39,318 bases of DNA from Pirellulaceae bacterium (GCA_031412775.1 JANODQ010000741.1:1-39318), one strand, 5' to 3'. Numbered from the stretch's first letter, positions 24,995 to 35,133 are shown. Notes: generated from the sequence alone by a model not told the origin. Program-made: numbers and translations.

Positions 24995-27900
24995 TTAAAA
25001 CTCTCTGGTTTTTGGCTTTTCGATCACCTTCTCTGCGTCCTTCTCCGGTGCATCGTTTTGTTTTGCACCGCCAAAAATATTGAATGGAACACTGAATAGA
25101 TCGAAGTTCATCGGTGGTAAGACCTTTTGCGAGCCCACCTCGGACTTCGAAAGCGGTACTGGCGGAAGCTTTTCCAAGTCGAATTGACCAACAAGAATTA
25201 GCTGGCTTGAAAGTTGAGTCACATGGATTTGGCCGCCGCGAAACCATCCAAGCCAGGGGGCTCGATAATCGGCAGGCGGGAATGCCGTCTCGGGATTCAT
25301 CTCTAAGCCCGCTGCGTAGGGACGCGAGGGGGGCAAGGTTTGCCGTTGAGGCGAAGCGTTCACAGAAGCTGGATTCACAGGCCATGCAGAACTTGACCAC
25401 AATGCGTTTGCTGCTTTATTTTTGTCCGTAGAAGTCATCGCGTATTGGCCTCCGAGTGGACATTGAACGACCCCGTCGATCAATTGCTCGGCAACATCTT
25501 TGGATTCGGTTGCCGGGATCTGAAACTGAGTTTGAATCGTATCCAGAAGTCGCGCGTTACCGCGTGAACCTTGCAACCCACGCCGATACCAGTATGTGTT
25601 AATCCATGTCGATAACTTGCTGTTCTCGAGGTCGGCGATTGTTGCACGAGCTTGAGCGGGATCGATTGCGGGTACCGCTTGGAGCGTCGGGACCGAGTTC
25701 TCCAGAATACTACGATCAAATGAGAGAACGCTGAACCCATTGCCTTGCCAACGCCATGCACCCAGAAGCAAACGCGAGAAGCCATACGGATCCGACATTC
25801 CACCACCCAGCCCCAAAGGCAATCGATCCAAGTATCCCGGAAGTGGCCATGCTCCCAAGTATCCGGGTGTCATCTGAAGTGTGCGAAGCGTTTCAATGAG
25901 CTTGAGTTTTGCGTTGGGAGGAGGTGGAATCATGTCTTTCACCCCTGAAAAAAGAACGTGATCCTGCACTGGAGCGAACCCGAAAAGTGATTGGCCTGAC
26001 ATATGGACTTGGAGGTTTACCATATCATCCGCAGGCAACTCGATCCGCGTGCGAACCGGCGGAGCAAGCACTTGCGAAAGCCACCCATATTTGTCGCGTC
26101 CAAACGGGGCAACGTAAGCTTCGATTGCAAGCCGTTCCATCGTGCCAGACGTCGGATGAGCGAACCGCCTCACGCCAACAGCCAAAGGATCTGTTTGCTG
26201 CCAGTGACTGACGTAGTACGACGACTGCTCGACATACGACGCGGCTTCTTCGGGCGAGCAATCCAACAACTCAATATCGGGTATCGGGATAAAGCTACCG
26301 CGTGCACCTCGAAGTGAATCAATCCAGCGCCCAGGCGTAAGCTGATCACCGCTATTCAATCGACTATCCGCTTGCATTGCTGCCGGTCCATCTAACTGAT
26401 AGATCGGTTGACTCTCCGGTGTCGCGGCGAGAAACCACGGCGGAAGAAGTTTTTTATCCACGAAGGACGGGATATTGATTGCAGATGATTTTGTAGAAGA
26501 TGTCTGAGATTTACTGCGAGCGACATTAATATTGGAATCAAAATTAACGCCGGCTTTGGTCTCGTGTTGGTCGACCAGTGAAGCCATCTCAGCCAATTGC
26601 AAGTGAGCAATCGCTCGAAAACGTCGTCGCAATTCGATCGTATATTGGGGAGAAACCAGCGATCGAAAAAACTGCGGCGAGAAAAAAGCGAAAAGCGAGT
26701 ACTCGTTCTTGAGAGGCATACTCAATCGAGCGTACTGAAACGACGGACTTGAGGCCATCGACGGGCTCCCTTGATCGACCTCAAGAAATCGTTTGCATAG
26801 CGTTTTGCTGGTCGTAATAAGAATGTAATTGCCAGCGCGAGCTCGGAACGATCGAATGCGATTATCCGGCGAGCTTAAGAAGGTGACTTTTGAGCCCAGC
26901 ATTTCAAGATCTTCCAGCACAACACCCCGGTCCTTTTCCGCAGAGGCCGTTGCCGTGCGATCTCCGTCAAGCGATTGCATCAATAGATCTGGACTGGACG
27001 ACTCGAATAGAACCCCCATTGCGGGACCGTCTTGCATGTAAAGATCCAAACCGATCAACGCGATATCTTGAATGATCGCATCGCCAAACAGTTTCGCAAG
27101 AGCCGTCATTTTCGTGTTCAGCATCCGCTCGACACGCTTATCCGATTGGTAGTCAACGCCACGCAGCATGATCATCTGCGAGATCCCACGGCCTTGGGCT
27201 TCGGTCAGTTGCTGAAACCACAAGTAGTTCGCAAAACGTTCGAATCGAATGTAAAAGCATTCGGGCGGAACATGATTGGCGAGGTTTTCTATAGCAACGT
27301 TCCCAGGCAACGCGGGAATCACAGGGTCGTTCCAAAGTGGGGGCGGTGGCAACGGCACAATGCCTTGGCCTCCCTGAGCCGAAGGCGCTAGCCTCGGGTT
27401 CCCCCCGGCATTCGGCTCTCGGTCTAGACCCCCGGACTCGTTACCTGCAGCCAGTTCCCTATCAAGCGTCGACTTCAAAGGACGCAACGAAGCTCGCATG
27501 ACATCATCGCGAAGACTTTCTACGCCGCCCAGTAACTCCAGCGTCGACAGCGGAACATCGCGTTGCGCTTTGGCAACTTCGCGGTTGCTTCGAAGCTCAC
27601 GAGGCGGAAGATCGAGTCGCGACGCTAACATTTCGCACAGATACGTTTCGATCCCGGGCGGATAGTCGCTCGCCTCTAACTGCCGTTGAGCTTGATTCGC
27701 ATAGCCATCCCACCATCGCTCCAACAATACGCGATGGATTCCACGGCCACCCGTGGCTAGCGCCATCGGCTCAGGTATAACGACGGCGTCCAGTGTGTAG
27801 TCACCGGCGAGATGAATTTGCAAAGGCGCATCTCCAACAAACAAAAACTGGATGCGGAGAACTCGCGGTGGATCGACGACTTCCTGCGTCTGCCGAATCA

Positions 27901-28297
27901 CGTTACGAAGCCGATCCACTAGCCCGCCTCGACCCACTTCTCGTTCGGCTCGCATGGGCCTTGGACTGATAGACCCGATGATCTTACCGTCCTCTAGATA
28001 CTGCAACGGTTCAAGGTCCACTGCGGGATAAAAAATTCTTCCTTCGCTGTCCGAGACCAGGACACGTGGGATCCTCCCAGCCTCGACCGTCCCAATGGGA
28101 ACCGACATCGATGCAACTCCAAAAGGTTTGCCTGCAATGGCTTTGAACAACTGAGTAGGCGGATTTACAAGCCGTTGCGATTGCCCTGGGTTCGGTCTCG
28201 GTTGACCGATTGCTAAACTCGCCAAAACGAACCCATGAAACGACAGGAGCGTCCCTAGAACGACAATGCCCTTGCACTGCCTGCGAAAATGATCCAT
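24995..28297 (-). CDS. Large (1100 aa) hypothetical secreted protein
   Basis: The frame is long and uninterrupted, with a signal peptide (GIVVLGTLLSFHGFVLASLAIG). I could name no domain from motifs. Confidence 0.75.
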   Translation of the reverse strand: MDHFRRQCKGIVVLGTLLSFHGFVLASLAIGQPRPNPGQSQRLVNPPTQLFKAIAGKPFGVASMSVPIGTVEAGRIPRVLVSDSEGRIFYPAVDLEPLQYLEDGKIIGSISPRPMRAEREVGRGGLVDRLRNVIRQTQEVVDPPRVLRIQFLFVGDAPLQIHLAGDYTLDAVVIPEPMALATGGRGIHRVLLERWWDGYANQAQRQLEASDYPPGIETYLCEMLASRLDLPPRELRSNREVAKAQRDVPLSTLELLGGVESLRDDVMRASLRPLKSTLDRELAAGNESGGLDREPNAGGNPRLAPSAQGGQGIVPLPPPPLWNDPVIPALPGNVAIENLANHVPPECFYIRFERFANYLWFQQLTEAQGRGISQMIMLRGVDYQSDKRVERMLNTKMTALAKLFGDAIIQDIALIGLDLYMQDGPAMGVLFESSSPDLLMQSLDGDRTATASAEKDRGVVLEDLEMLGSKVTFLSSPDNRIRSFRARAGNYILITTSKTLCKRFLEVDQGSPSMASSPSFQYARLSMPLKNEYSLFAFFSPQFFRSLVSPQYTIELRRRFRAIAHLQLAEMASLVDQHETKAGVNFDSNINVARSKSQTSSTKSSAINIPSFVDKKLLPPWFLAATPESQPIYQLDGPAAMQADSRLNSGDQLTPGRWIDSLRGARGSFIPIPDIELLDCSPEEAASYVEQSSYYVSHWQQTDPLAVGVRRFAHPTSGTMERLAIEAYVAPFGRDKYGWLSQVLAPPVRTRIELPADDMVNLQVHMSGQSLFGFAPVQDHVLFSGVKDMIPPPPNAKLKLIETLRTLQMTPGYLGAWPLPGYLDRLPLGLGGGMSDPYGFSRLLLGAWRWQGNGFSVLSFDRSILENSVPTLQAVPAIDPAQARATIADLENSKLSTWINTYWYRRGLQGSRGNARLLDTIQTQFQIPATESKDVAEQLIDGVVQCPLGGQYAMTSTDKNKAANALWSSSAWPVNPASVNASPQRQTLPPSRPYAAGLEMNPETAFPPADYRAPWLGWFRGGQIHVTQLSSQLILVGQFDLEKLPPVPLSKSEVGSQKVLPPMNFDLFSVPFNIFGGAKQNDAPEKDAEKVIEKPKTREF

Positions 28298-28478
28298 TGC
28301 TTATCGATTCTGATGTTTCAAAAGGGAATTTTTTTGCGTTTACTGATGAAGAATTTGCGCAGAAGTTGCAGAATGCGGTTTCGAAGCGTGTACGGGACGC
28401 GTCGCGGTAGGTTAAGATGGGGGTCTAGTTGGCTACCAAAGGTGAAGGTCTCTTGCGATAGAGGGAGGATCCGGTCTG

Positions 28479-29093
28479 ATGAGTGAAAGCTCTAGTTTAG
28501 ATTGTAGCGTGTTGGTTTTAAATCGGTTCTATATGCCGGTTCGCGTCGTCGACGTTCGTCGAGCAATGACGCTACTCTATCGCGGATGCGCAGAGGCCAT
28601 CACAATTGAACGAGATTCTTATACCAACTACGATTTCGACAATTGGTGTGAGCTTTCTCAATTACATGCCTTAGAAAAACAACCGGGTGAAGATTATTTA
28701 AGAACGCCTCATCAAGAGCTCCAAGTTCCAAGAATCGTTCGCTTGGTTCTCTACGATAAAGTGCCCAAGTCGACTGTGCGTTTTAATCGCAAGAATCTAT
28801 TTGCCAGAGATGGTTACCGCTGCCAATACTGCGGACAAAGCAAGCCAATCAGTCAACTGAGCTTGGACCACGTCGTGCCTCGCTCGCAAGGCGGTCGAAC
28901 TTCTTGGGAAAACGTCGTCTGTAGTTGCACCCACTGCAACTCCAAAAAAGGAGGGCGAACTCCTGTACAAGCGGCAATGCGATTATTGACACACCCGGCC
29001 AAGCCTCACGCAAATCCTGGGATGGTTGCAACGCTTCAAGACCCTCGCTATGCCTCGTGGAAAACGTTTCTTCCAGCGGCCGCGGTCGGCTAA
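28479..29093 (+). CDS. HNH endonuclease family protein
   Basis: The HNH core is CQYCGQ...LSLDHVVPRSQGGRTSWENVVCSCTHCNSKKG. A conserved N-terminal VLVLNRFYMPVRVV..RRAMTLLYRG segment is present. GGAGG precedes the ATG at 28479. Confidence 0.85.
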   Translation: MSESSSLDCSVLVLNRFYMPVRVVDVRRAMTLLYRGCAEAITIERDSYTNYDFDNWCELSQLHALEKQPGEDYLRTPHQELQVPRIVRLVLYDKVPKSTVRFNRKNLFARDGYRCQYCGQSKPISQLSLDHVVPRSQGGRTSWENVVCSCTHCNSKKGGRTPVQAAMRLLTHPAKPHANPGMVATLQDPRYASWKTFLPAAAVG

Positions 29094-29252
29094 CTGGTCG
29101 AATTCGTGCGATTTGGTACCAAAGATGCTCTTCGAAAGCGTTCCGTGGCAAGACAACAAGATTGGCCGTCGAATTGACAGCCTGTTAGTCTCAGACCTAC
29201 AATGCTCCGGGATTTACTATTTCTCACCTGCCTTGGACGATAGGAAAACAAC

Positions 29253-29573
29253 ATGGGCAACGCTGCCGAATTTACTGATGCCGGATTTGAAGACGATGTC
29301 ATCCAATCCTCCTCTCCTGTGCTTGTTGACTTTTGGGCACCGTGGTGTGGTCCTTGCCGACAAATTGCACCGTTGATCGACGAACTGGCAATTCAGTACA
29401 ACGGAAAGGTGAAAATCGGCAAAGTAAACGTCGATGATAATCCTGAAACTGCTCAGAAGTACGACATCATGAATATCCCGACATTGCTCCTTTTTAAAGA
29501 CGGCGAAGTCGCCGAACGATTCATTGGGCTTCCACCACGCAGCAAGCTAGAAGCAGCGCTGCAGTCCGTGTGA
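29253..29573 (+). CDS. trxA: Thioredoxin
   Basis: It has the WCGPC active site in the context VLVDFWAPWCGPCRQIAP, and is 106 aa long. Confidence 0.95.
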   Translation: MGNAAEFTDAGFEDDVIQSSSPVLVDFWAPWCGPCRQIAPLIDELAIQYNGKVKIGKVNVDDNPETAQKYDIMNIPTLLLFKDGEVAERFIGLPPRSKLEAALQSV

Positions 29574-29600
29574 GATTGTGGATGTAGACAGTTGACATTC

Positions 29601-29636
29601 GTTCCAGCCTGTGCTCGTCAGTTCACACGCTGGAAC
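29601..29636 (+). terminator. Stem-loop downstream of trxA; possible terminator, but with no U-tract
   Basis: gttccagcctgtg / cacacgctggaac form 12 pairs with one mismatch around a 10-nt loop, starting 28 nt after the trxA stop. Confidence 0.3.
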
Positions 29637-29809
29637 AAATGCCCATCATGACCCTAGCGATAAGGCCATAAATTCCACATAATCGTCTTTTGCGCCGCGA
29701 AAGTAACGTCCATTAACAAACTTTTGCTTCGCGAAAGCCCACGATTAATCGCATCGCTTGGCGTAAATTCACAGCGTAAAAGCGAAAACACAAGACCTAG
29801 AAATATCTC

Positions 29810-30652
29810 ATGCCCCTCACTTGGGAAACAAACAAACGGACAGTCACGTTTGGATCAATTCCTAAGATCATGGGGATTTTAAATGTTACTCCGGATAGTT
29901 TCTCTGACGGCGGTAACTTCTACTCAACGCAGCTTGCTGTCGACCGTGCATTGCTCATGGAAGATAACGGAGCAGACATCATCGACATCGGTGGTGAGAG
30001 TACTCGACCCTACGCTGAGAGCATTTCTGCGACAACCGAAATGCAACGTGTCCTACCAGTTATCGAGCAAATTGCTGGCCGGCTTTCGATACCCATTTCT
30101 GTAGATACATCCAAGGCTTCGGTAGCGAGTGCCGCTATCGCATGCGGCGCGGAGATTATCAACGACGTCACTGGACTTTCTGGCGATCCAGAGATGATCA
30201 GCTTGGCAACTCAAACACAAGTAGCCGTGTGTGCTATGCACATGCAGGGGACTCCGCAAACGATGCAAGACAACCCAACGTATGAAAACGTTGTCAGCGA
30301 AATCTACGACTACCTAACGCAACGACTCCATCAGCTTTGCGACCGAGGAGTTGCAAGATCCAAGATTTGCCTCGACCCAGGTATTGGATTCGGCAAATCA
30401 CACGAGCACAACCTGGAACTGCTACGCTGTGCAGCAAAATTCCTCGAGCTTGGTCAGCCTATCCTGGTTGGTCATTCGCGAAAAGGTTTCATCGCAAAAC
30501 TACTCGGCAGCAAATCTGCAGACCGAACAGCCGGTACGCTTGGAGTCTCGCTCGCAATGGCAAGATGTGGCATCCACATTCTTCGTGTGCACGACGTCGC
30601 GCAAACCCGCGACGCTCTCGTACTATTCGAAGCCAGCGGCGGCCTCGCTTGA
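29810..30652 (+). CDS. folP: Dihydropteroate synthase
   Basis: Motifs: GILNVTPDSFSDGG, IIDIGGESTRP, SVDT, INDV, CLDPGIGFGK, VGHSRK. Confidence 0.9.
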   Translation: MPLTWETNKRTVTFGSIPKIMGILNVTPDSFSDGGNFYSTQLAVDRALLMEDNGADIIDIGGESTRPYAESISATTEMQRVLPVIEQIAGRLSIPISVDTSKASVASAAIACGAEIINDVTGLSGDPEMISLATQTQVAVCAMHMQGTPQTMQDNPTYENVVSEIYDYLTQRLHQLCDRGVARSKICLDPGIGFGKSHEHNLELLRCAAKFLELGQPILVGHSRKGFIAKLLGSKSADRTAGTLGVSLAMARCGIHILRVHDVAQTRDALVLFEASGGLA

Positions 30653-30768
30653 TTATGCGTTGTAGCACCTCAAGCCAATTAACAAACGAGTCCTAAATAA
30701 GTCGCTCGCCATCTTAGCAAGTAGAAGATTCACTTGCGGATTTATCTGCCCGAAGGCTCGCGTATGTT

Positions 30769-32853
30769 CTACTTAGGAACTTCAGATTTCTCGAGCACTC
30801 CATCGCGATTCTTATCAAGCTTTTCAAAGGAAGAAATCAACTGCTTGGGGATTTCGCTCTTGAGCAACCGGTCGTCTTGATCTGAATCCAGCATCAAGAA
30901 GATTTGCATCGCTGTGGGTTTTGTCGGTGCCGCTGCTTTCTTCACTTCTACACCCCGCCCAAGACTTAGATCAACGGGAACAGAGATATGAAAATAACCT
31001 ATCATCATCTCTTCGTAAGTCTGATCGCCCCAGTAAACCCATGAGTTTGGATCTGGGTTATTTAAATTGCCAGCGGAGTTATCGAAGCTAGCTTCACAGA
31101 AGATCCGAGTCCCTGCTGGAATCTTTATATTATCTTTCAATCGATATTCGGTTTGCCAGTTGAAGTCATATCGTGGCACATCGATCAGTATCTCCTTGCG
31201 ACCATCGGGATAGATCGCACTGTATCGAAACGACTTGCCTCGAACGTGCATGTGCGGGCTCATCGAAAGCAGTTCGCACTCGGGCAATTCCTCGGGCTGC
31301 ATCGCCGAGGTCTTGTAGTTAGATTCGTTGGGCGGAATTTTTAGCTCTGGCTGAACGGAGCTTGTAGTCTGCACCTCATGCGTCACGCTGGTTGCATCGA
31401 CCTTCCAAAAGCCAACCTTACTCAGGTCCGTTTGGACGGTCCCGTTAGGCGTGTAGTGTATTTGGAAGACCAACTCGCTATTTGCAGGAATACGCTTCGC
31501 CATCCCCTTGGGCATCATTTCAACGCGAGTTCCCGGCACATAGCCCGCGAGAAAACCGCGTTCTCCATTCAAGGATTTTTTCTTGCTACCTTTGTCTCGC
31601 ACGAACACCAGAATGTGATGCACGATGGATGGGTTGCCAGGAACAATCTCCATCCCATTAACCCAAGTATCTTCTGCCAACTTCGGATCGGCTACAAAGT
31701 ACTGATATTTGACATCTCCCCGAACAGGAACTTCGAATGGCTTATCATTCATTGCGACAACCAAATCTGGCTCGCGAGGAAGTTGCCATCCGTCGACAAA
31801 CTTTAATGGTTGCGGCTCTTGGCTCGAGTCCCCCCGCGGCGCACCTGCCATTACCCATTTCTTAATTGCGTCGATTTCTGAGTCAGGAAGTCGACGGTCA
31901 TTCTTAAAATCCCCGTGTTCCGGACTGGCATGCCAAGGTGGCATTCTCCGATCATCAACTACTTCCGCAATCATGTCGCCCCAAGCCGCAGCGTCGTCGT
32001 AGCTGCTCAAGTCCATCGGCCCAATTTCGCCCGCGCGATGACAAGAAACACATCTCGCTTGGAGTATGCGACTAACTTGATTTGCGTAGGTAACCGCAGC
32101 AGTTCCTTCTTGATCTTTGGTTGCTTGAACTTCAGCGTCGCGCGGCCCTCGACCTATCAAGCATCCCGACGCAGGAATCGATGTCGACACGATCTCGCGC
32201 TCACCCAAGATCGATTCAATCGCGTCAACCAAATCCAGTTTGCTCGCCGCATCTTTTGTATATCCAATCCCATATTGATCATCGACTCGACCACGATAAC
32301 GAATGCGTTGCTGTTGATCGACCACACACACTTCTGGCGTACGCGTCGCGTTAAGATTACCCGCAAGCACTTGCGATGGGTCTTTGAGGAACGGAAACTC
32401 GATTCCGTATTTGCGAGCATGCGCTTTCATCTCCGCAAGGCTATCTTGAACATTCGAATTGACCGCTACAAAAGCGATGCCTCGTTGATCGTACTGTTTC
32501 TGTAGCTCAACAAGCTTGGCAGAGTACAGTTTTGCAAGCGGACACTGCGTTCCAAGAAATGCAAATACAACAGCCTTTTTCGCCTTGAAATCGGATAGAG
32601 ACCATTCCTTACCAAGTGAATCCGTTAACCGAAACTCCGCGACGACACTACCTATCGGTACGCCTTGATTCGCACTCGTTTTGCGATCGCTTTGAATCGA
32701 TGTCAATTCGCTCGCCCAAGCGATGGATGGCAAAATCCATGCGTTTAGGCTTAAAGAGCAAACGCCGTGAACAAATACAAGAACGGCAAGTCCAGAAACG
32801 AATCGAATAGATCGGTAAGCTTGACGGTTCGGAGAAGAGCTTGGTGTTCGCAT
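30769..32853 (-). CDS. Secreted multidomain redox protein: thioredoxin-like/redoxin domain, CxxCH cytochrome c domain, copper type II monooxygenase (PHM/DBH)-like domain and a C-terminal EF-hand pair
   Basis: Signal peptide: ...ILPSIAWA/SE. Redoxin: KKAVVFAFLGTQCPLAKLY. Heme motif: ARCVSCHRAGEIGPMDL. Cu-monooxygenase-like ligand pattern: SIVHHILVF ... QIHYTPNG ... SPHMHVRG ... YDFNWQ ... YEEMMIGY. EF-hands: LDSDQDDRLLKSE and LDKNRDGVLEKSE. I place the start at the ATG at 32853; the track ORF extends to 32976. Confidence 0.8.
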   Translation of the reverse strand: MRTPSSSPNRQAYRSIRFVSGLAVLVFVHGVCSLSLNAWILPSIAWASELTSIQSDRKTSANQGVPIGSVVAEFRLTDSLGKEWSLSDFKAKKAVVFAFLGTQCPLAKLYSAKLVELQKQYDQRGIAFVAVNSNVQDSLAEMKAHARKYGIEFPFLKDPSQVLAGNLNATRTPEVCVVDQQQRIRYRGRVDDQYGIGYTKDAASKLDLVDAIESILGEREIVSTSIPASGCLIGRGPRDAEVQATKDQEGTAAVTYANQVSRILQARCVSCHRAGEIGPMDLSSYDDAAAWGDMIAEVVDDRRMPPWHASPEHGDFKNDRRLPDSEIDAIKKWVMAGAPRGDSSQEPQPLKFVDGWQLPREPDLVVAMNDKPFEVPVRGDVKYQYFVADPKLAEDTWVNGMEIVPGNPSIVHHILVFVRDKGSKKKSLNGERGFLAGYVPGTRVEMMPKGMAKRIPANSELVFQIHYTPNGTVQTDLSKVGFWKVDATSVTHEVQTTSSVQPELKIPPNESNYKTSAMQPEELPECELLSMSPHMHVRGKSFRYSAIYPDGRKEILIDVPRYDFNWQTEYRLKDNIKIPAGTRIFCEASFDNSAGNLNNPDPNSWVYWGDQTYEEMMIGYFHISVPVDLSLGRGVEVKKAAAPTKPTAMQIFLMLDSDQDDRLLKSEIPKQLISSFEKLDKNRDGVLEKSEVPK

Positions 32854-33020
32854 GATTTCACTAGCCGAATGTTTGGTATTATTACAAAGTTCGTGATTTT
32901 GACTTCTTACAAAACTCGCTTCTATTGTCGCAAGAAACGACCGGCGTGAGAACCCGGATTTTGATGAAGCTTTCATGTGCTTTGCAGAAATGTGCTTATT
33001 TGTTGATGGAGTCTTGCCAG

Positions 33021-33923
33021 ATGAGGAAAAAATCTTTGATTATTCCCTACGCCAGCTATCTCGTCGGAGTCCTGTTTCTTGCTTTGACGAACGACACGGC
33101 GACTGCCGAGTATCCCGACATGGCGACGGTCGAACCGGATTTGATTGTTCCTGAATGTCTGGAGGCAGAATCAAGCGCGAACAAGCGTGTCTTCTGTCGC
33201 TTGCCAAATTCGAAGTCACCCGACATCTACCACTGCTTATATCTTCCGATCGATTGGAAGCCAGGAATCAAGTATCCGATACTGGTGGAATGGGGCGGAA
33301 ATCGTTACCGCAGCCTTAAAAACGATGAATCGACGGGTAAACCGGAAGACACATGTTTGGGTTATGGTCTTTCAGGCGGCAAAGCTTGTATCTGGCTTAG
33401 CGTTCCATTTCTAAATTCCCAAGGAAACCAAATCGCAACCACTTGGTGGGGCGAGCCACCGGAGTATGACTCCAAAGCAACACTTGCATATTGCAAGCAA
33501 GCCCTTGACGATGCATGCCAACGCTTCGATGGAGATCCAAAGCGAGCCATTCTTTGCGGATTCTCGCGAGGTGCAATCGCTTGCAACTACCTGGGGCTGG
33601 ACAATGATGAATTTGCTTCGCTATGGAGAGCCATGTTCGTCTACAGCCACTACGACGGAATTCGCAAATGGTCCTTTCCCAATAGTACAGGCCAGCCAGC
33701 AATCGATCGCCTTCAACGACTAGGAATCCGCAGCCAGTTTGTTTGCGATGAGAACTTAAGCCAGCTTCAACAAATCCAAGTCCATGTCAAACAACACATT
33801 CCAAACGCAAACGTAACCTATCAACATACCGGTTTTCGCAATCACTCTGACAGATGGATCTTGCGTCCCAGCGAAGCACGCACGAGGGCTCGCCAGTGGC
33901 TACAAGACAATATCGAACACTGA
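33021..33923 (+). CDS. Secreted alpha/beta hydrolase (esterase / PHB-depolymerase-like)
   Basis: Signal peptide: MRKKSLIIPYASYLVGVLFLALTNDTATA. The nucleophile elbow GFSRG sits in the context DPKRAILCGFSRGAIA. The ATG at 33021 avoids overlap with the divergent gene. Confidence 0.6.
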   Translation: MRKKSLIIPYASYLVGVLFLALTNDTATAEYPDMATVEPDLIVPECLEAESSANKRVFCRLPNSKSPDIYHCLYLPIDWKPGIKYPILVEWGGNRYRSLKNDESTGKPEDTCLGYGLSGGKACIWLSVPFLNSQGNQIATTWWGEPPEYDSKATLAYCKQALDDACQRFDGDPKRAILCGFSRGAIACNYLGLDNDEFASLWRAMFVYSHYDGIRKWSFPNSTGQPAIDRLQRLGIRSQFVCDENLSQLQQIQVHVKQHIPNANVTYQHTGFRNHSDRWILRPSEARTRARQWLQDNIEH

Positions 33924-33963
33924 CACTGTCTTTTGCAGGAGAGATACCAACGACACGATCGAT

Positions 33964-34413
33964 TTAGCGATCAATGAAATTGTTTCGAGACATATTGTAT
34001 TGGCGGCCACCAAGATTCACTCGCACTTGACCAGCCGGCTTGAGCATTATTTTTATCTCCGAGTCAATCTTTTGTCCGTCAACATTCGCGTTAAAAAGAC
34101 GAAGCAAGTCAGCCTTCTCGTCAAGCTGCCAGGTTGCGCTGATCACTGTCGGTGTCGATTCATTTCCCAGCAACTCTTGAACAACGTCAGGCGGGATTGG
34201 CTGCCCGCGATTTTCGACCACGGCAACCGTATCACTGAATGTCCACGATAGGTCGATGTGAATGTCGGTAAGGCGACTGCCTGACAATCTTTCAATGGTC
34301 ACCGGAATATCACCACCGGTCGTGGGAACGTCTTTCAAACCGAGGAAAAACACGATTGCCATGAGGACACCCAAAACTATAAAACCGTTTCGAATTAGAG
34401 GATTTACTAACAT
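33964..34413 (-). CDS. Hypothetical single-pass membrane protein
   Basis: The N-terminal TM segment is GFIVLGVLMAIVFFLGL, followed by a soluble domain of about 120 aa. I recognise no family. The ATG is at 34413. Confidence 0.55.
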   Translation of the reverse strand: MLVNPLIRNGFIVLGVLMAIVFFLGLKDVPTTGGDIPVTIERLSGSRLTDIHIDLSWTFSDTVAVVENRGQPIPPDVVQELLGNESTPTVISATWQLDEKADLLRLFNANVDGQKIDSEIKIMLKPAGQVRVNLGGRQYNMSRNNFIDR

Positions 34414-34968
34414 GGATGGTGTGTCCTTGAAAAGATTTAAAAGCCGCGGCGCATGCAAATTGAACGTATCAAAACCCAATACACCTCAGCCCGATTAAGA
34501 TTAACTTACCTAGAAACCGCTAAGCCAACTTTGCACAAGTTGAAACAGCGAAGCAATCCCCCACAAGCAATTCAAATAATCAATCTCGTTAAGGCACTTC
34601 CTAGACCACAACGGCAAGCCAAAATGAAAGCTAACGCTTGGGCTTCATGAACAAGAGATTAGATTCTGGCTGAACCCTCGGAACTTAAGAATCCTCCGAG
34701 TCACTCACTTCCCGCCCCGCCACCACTCTCGTCCCCCTCGCCAACGCAGAATCTAATCCTAGATCTGTTATCTGCAATTTGCTGGAGAGGCAGCGAAACG
34801 TATTCGCGACCTGATTCAGTTTGACGTCGCAGGATGTCAGCATATATCTGGTCTGATGAAAATTGAGTGGATTTGGCAATCTACGGGGTTTTGGAATTGA
34901 AGAGCTGCTATGCAACTTCGTATTAGGGTGGTTATCAAATCAATCCCTAGCGAAGGATCGCAGCAGCC

Positions 34969-35133
34969 ATGCAAGTATTGCTTATAGACTGGACACCTGA
35001 CCGCGTACGTGAGAGCCCGAGTGCCGTATCTGTCAAACAAATGAAGACGTGGGTCGTAGAAAAACTCGGCACAACCTTGACCTCGAAGCGAGCAATCGCC
35101 TGTCGAGAATTCGCTAAACCTACGGCCGGTTAG
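34969..35133 (+). CDS. Candidate 54-aa small ORF
   Basis: Hand translation gives MQVLLIDWTPDRVRESPSAVSVKQMKTWVVEKLGTTLTSKRAIACREFAKPTAG, followed by a stop. An in-frame TAG lies 18 nt upstream of the ATG, and aagga about 12 nt upstream. Composition is balanced. It falls below the track cut-off. Confidence 0.25.
   Translation: MQVLLIDWTPDRVRESPSAVSVKQMKTWVVEKLGTTLTSKRAIACREFAKPTAG

Noticed and set aside
32854-32976. A Tat-like SRRSFLAT motif in the longest version of the redox fusion ORF.
   Set aside because: A polar stretch follows it where a hydrophobic h-region would be expected. The extension would overlap the divergent esterase gene region. The downstream ATG at 32853 gives a textbook Sec signal ending AWA/SE.
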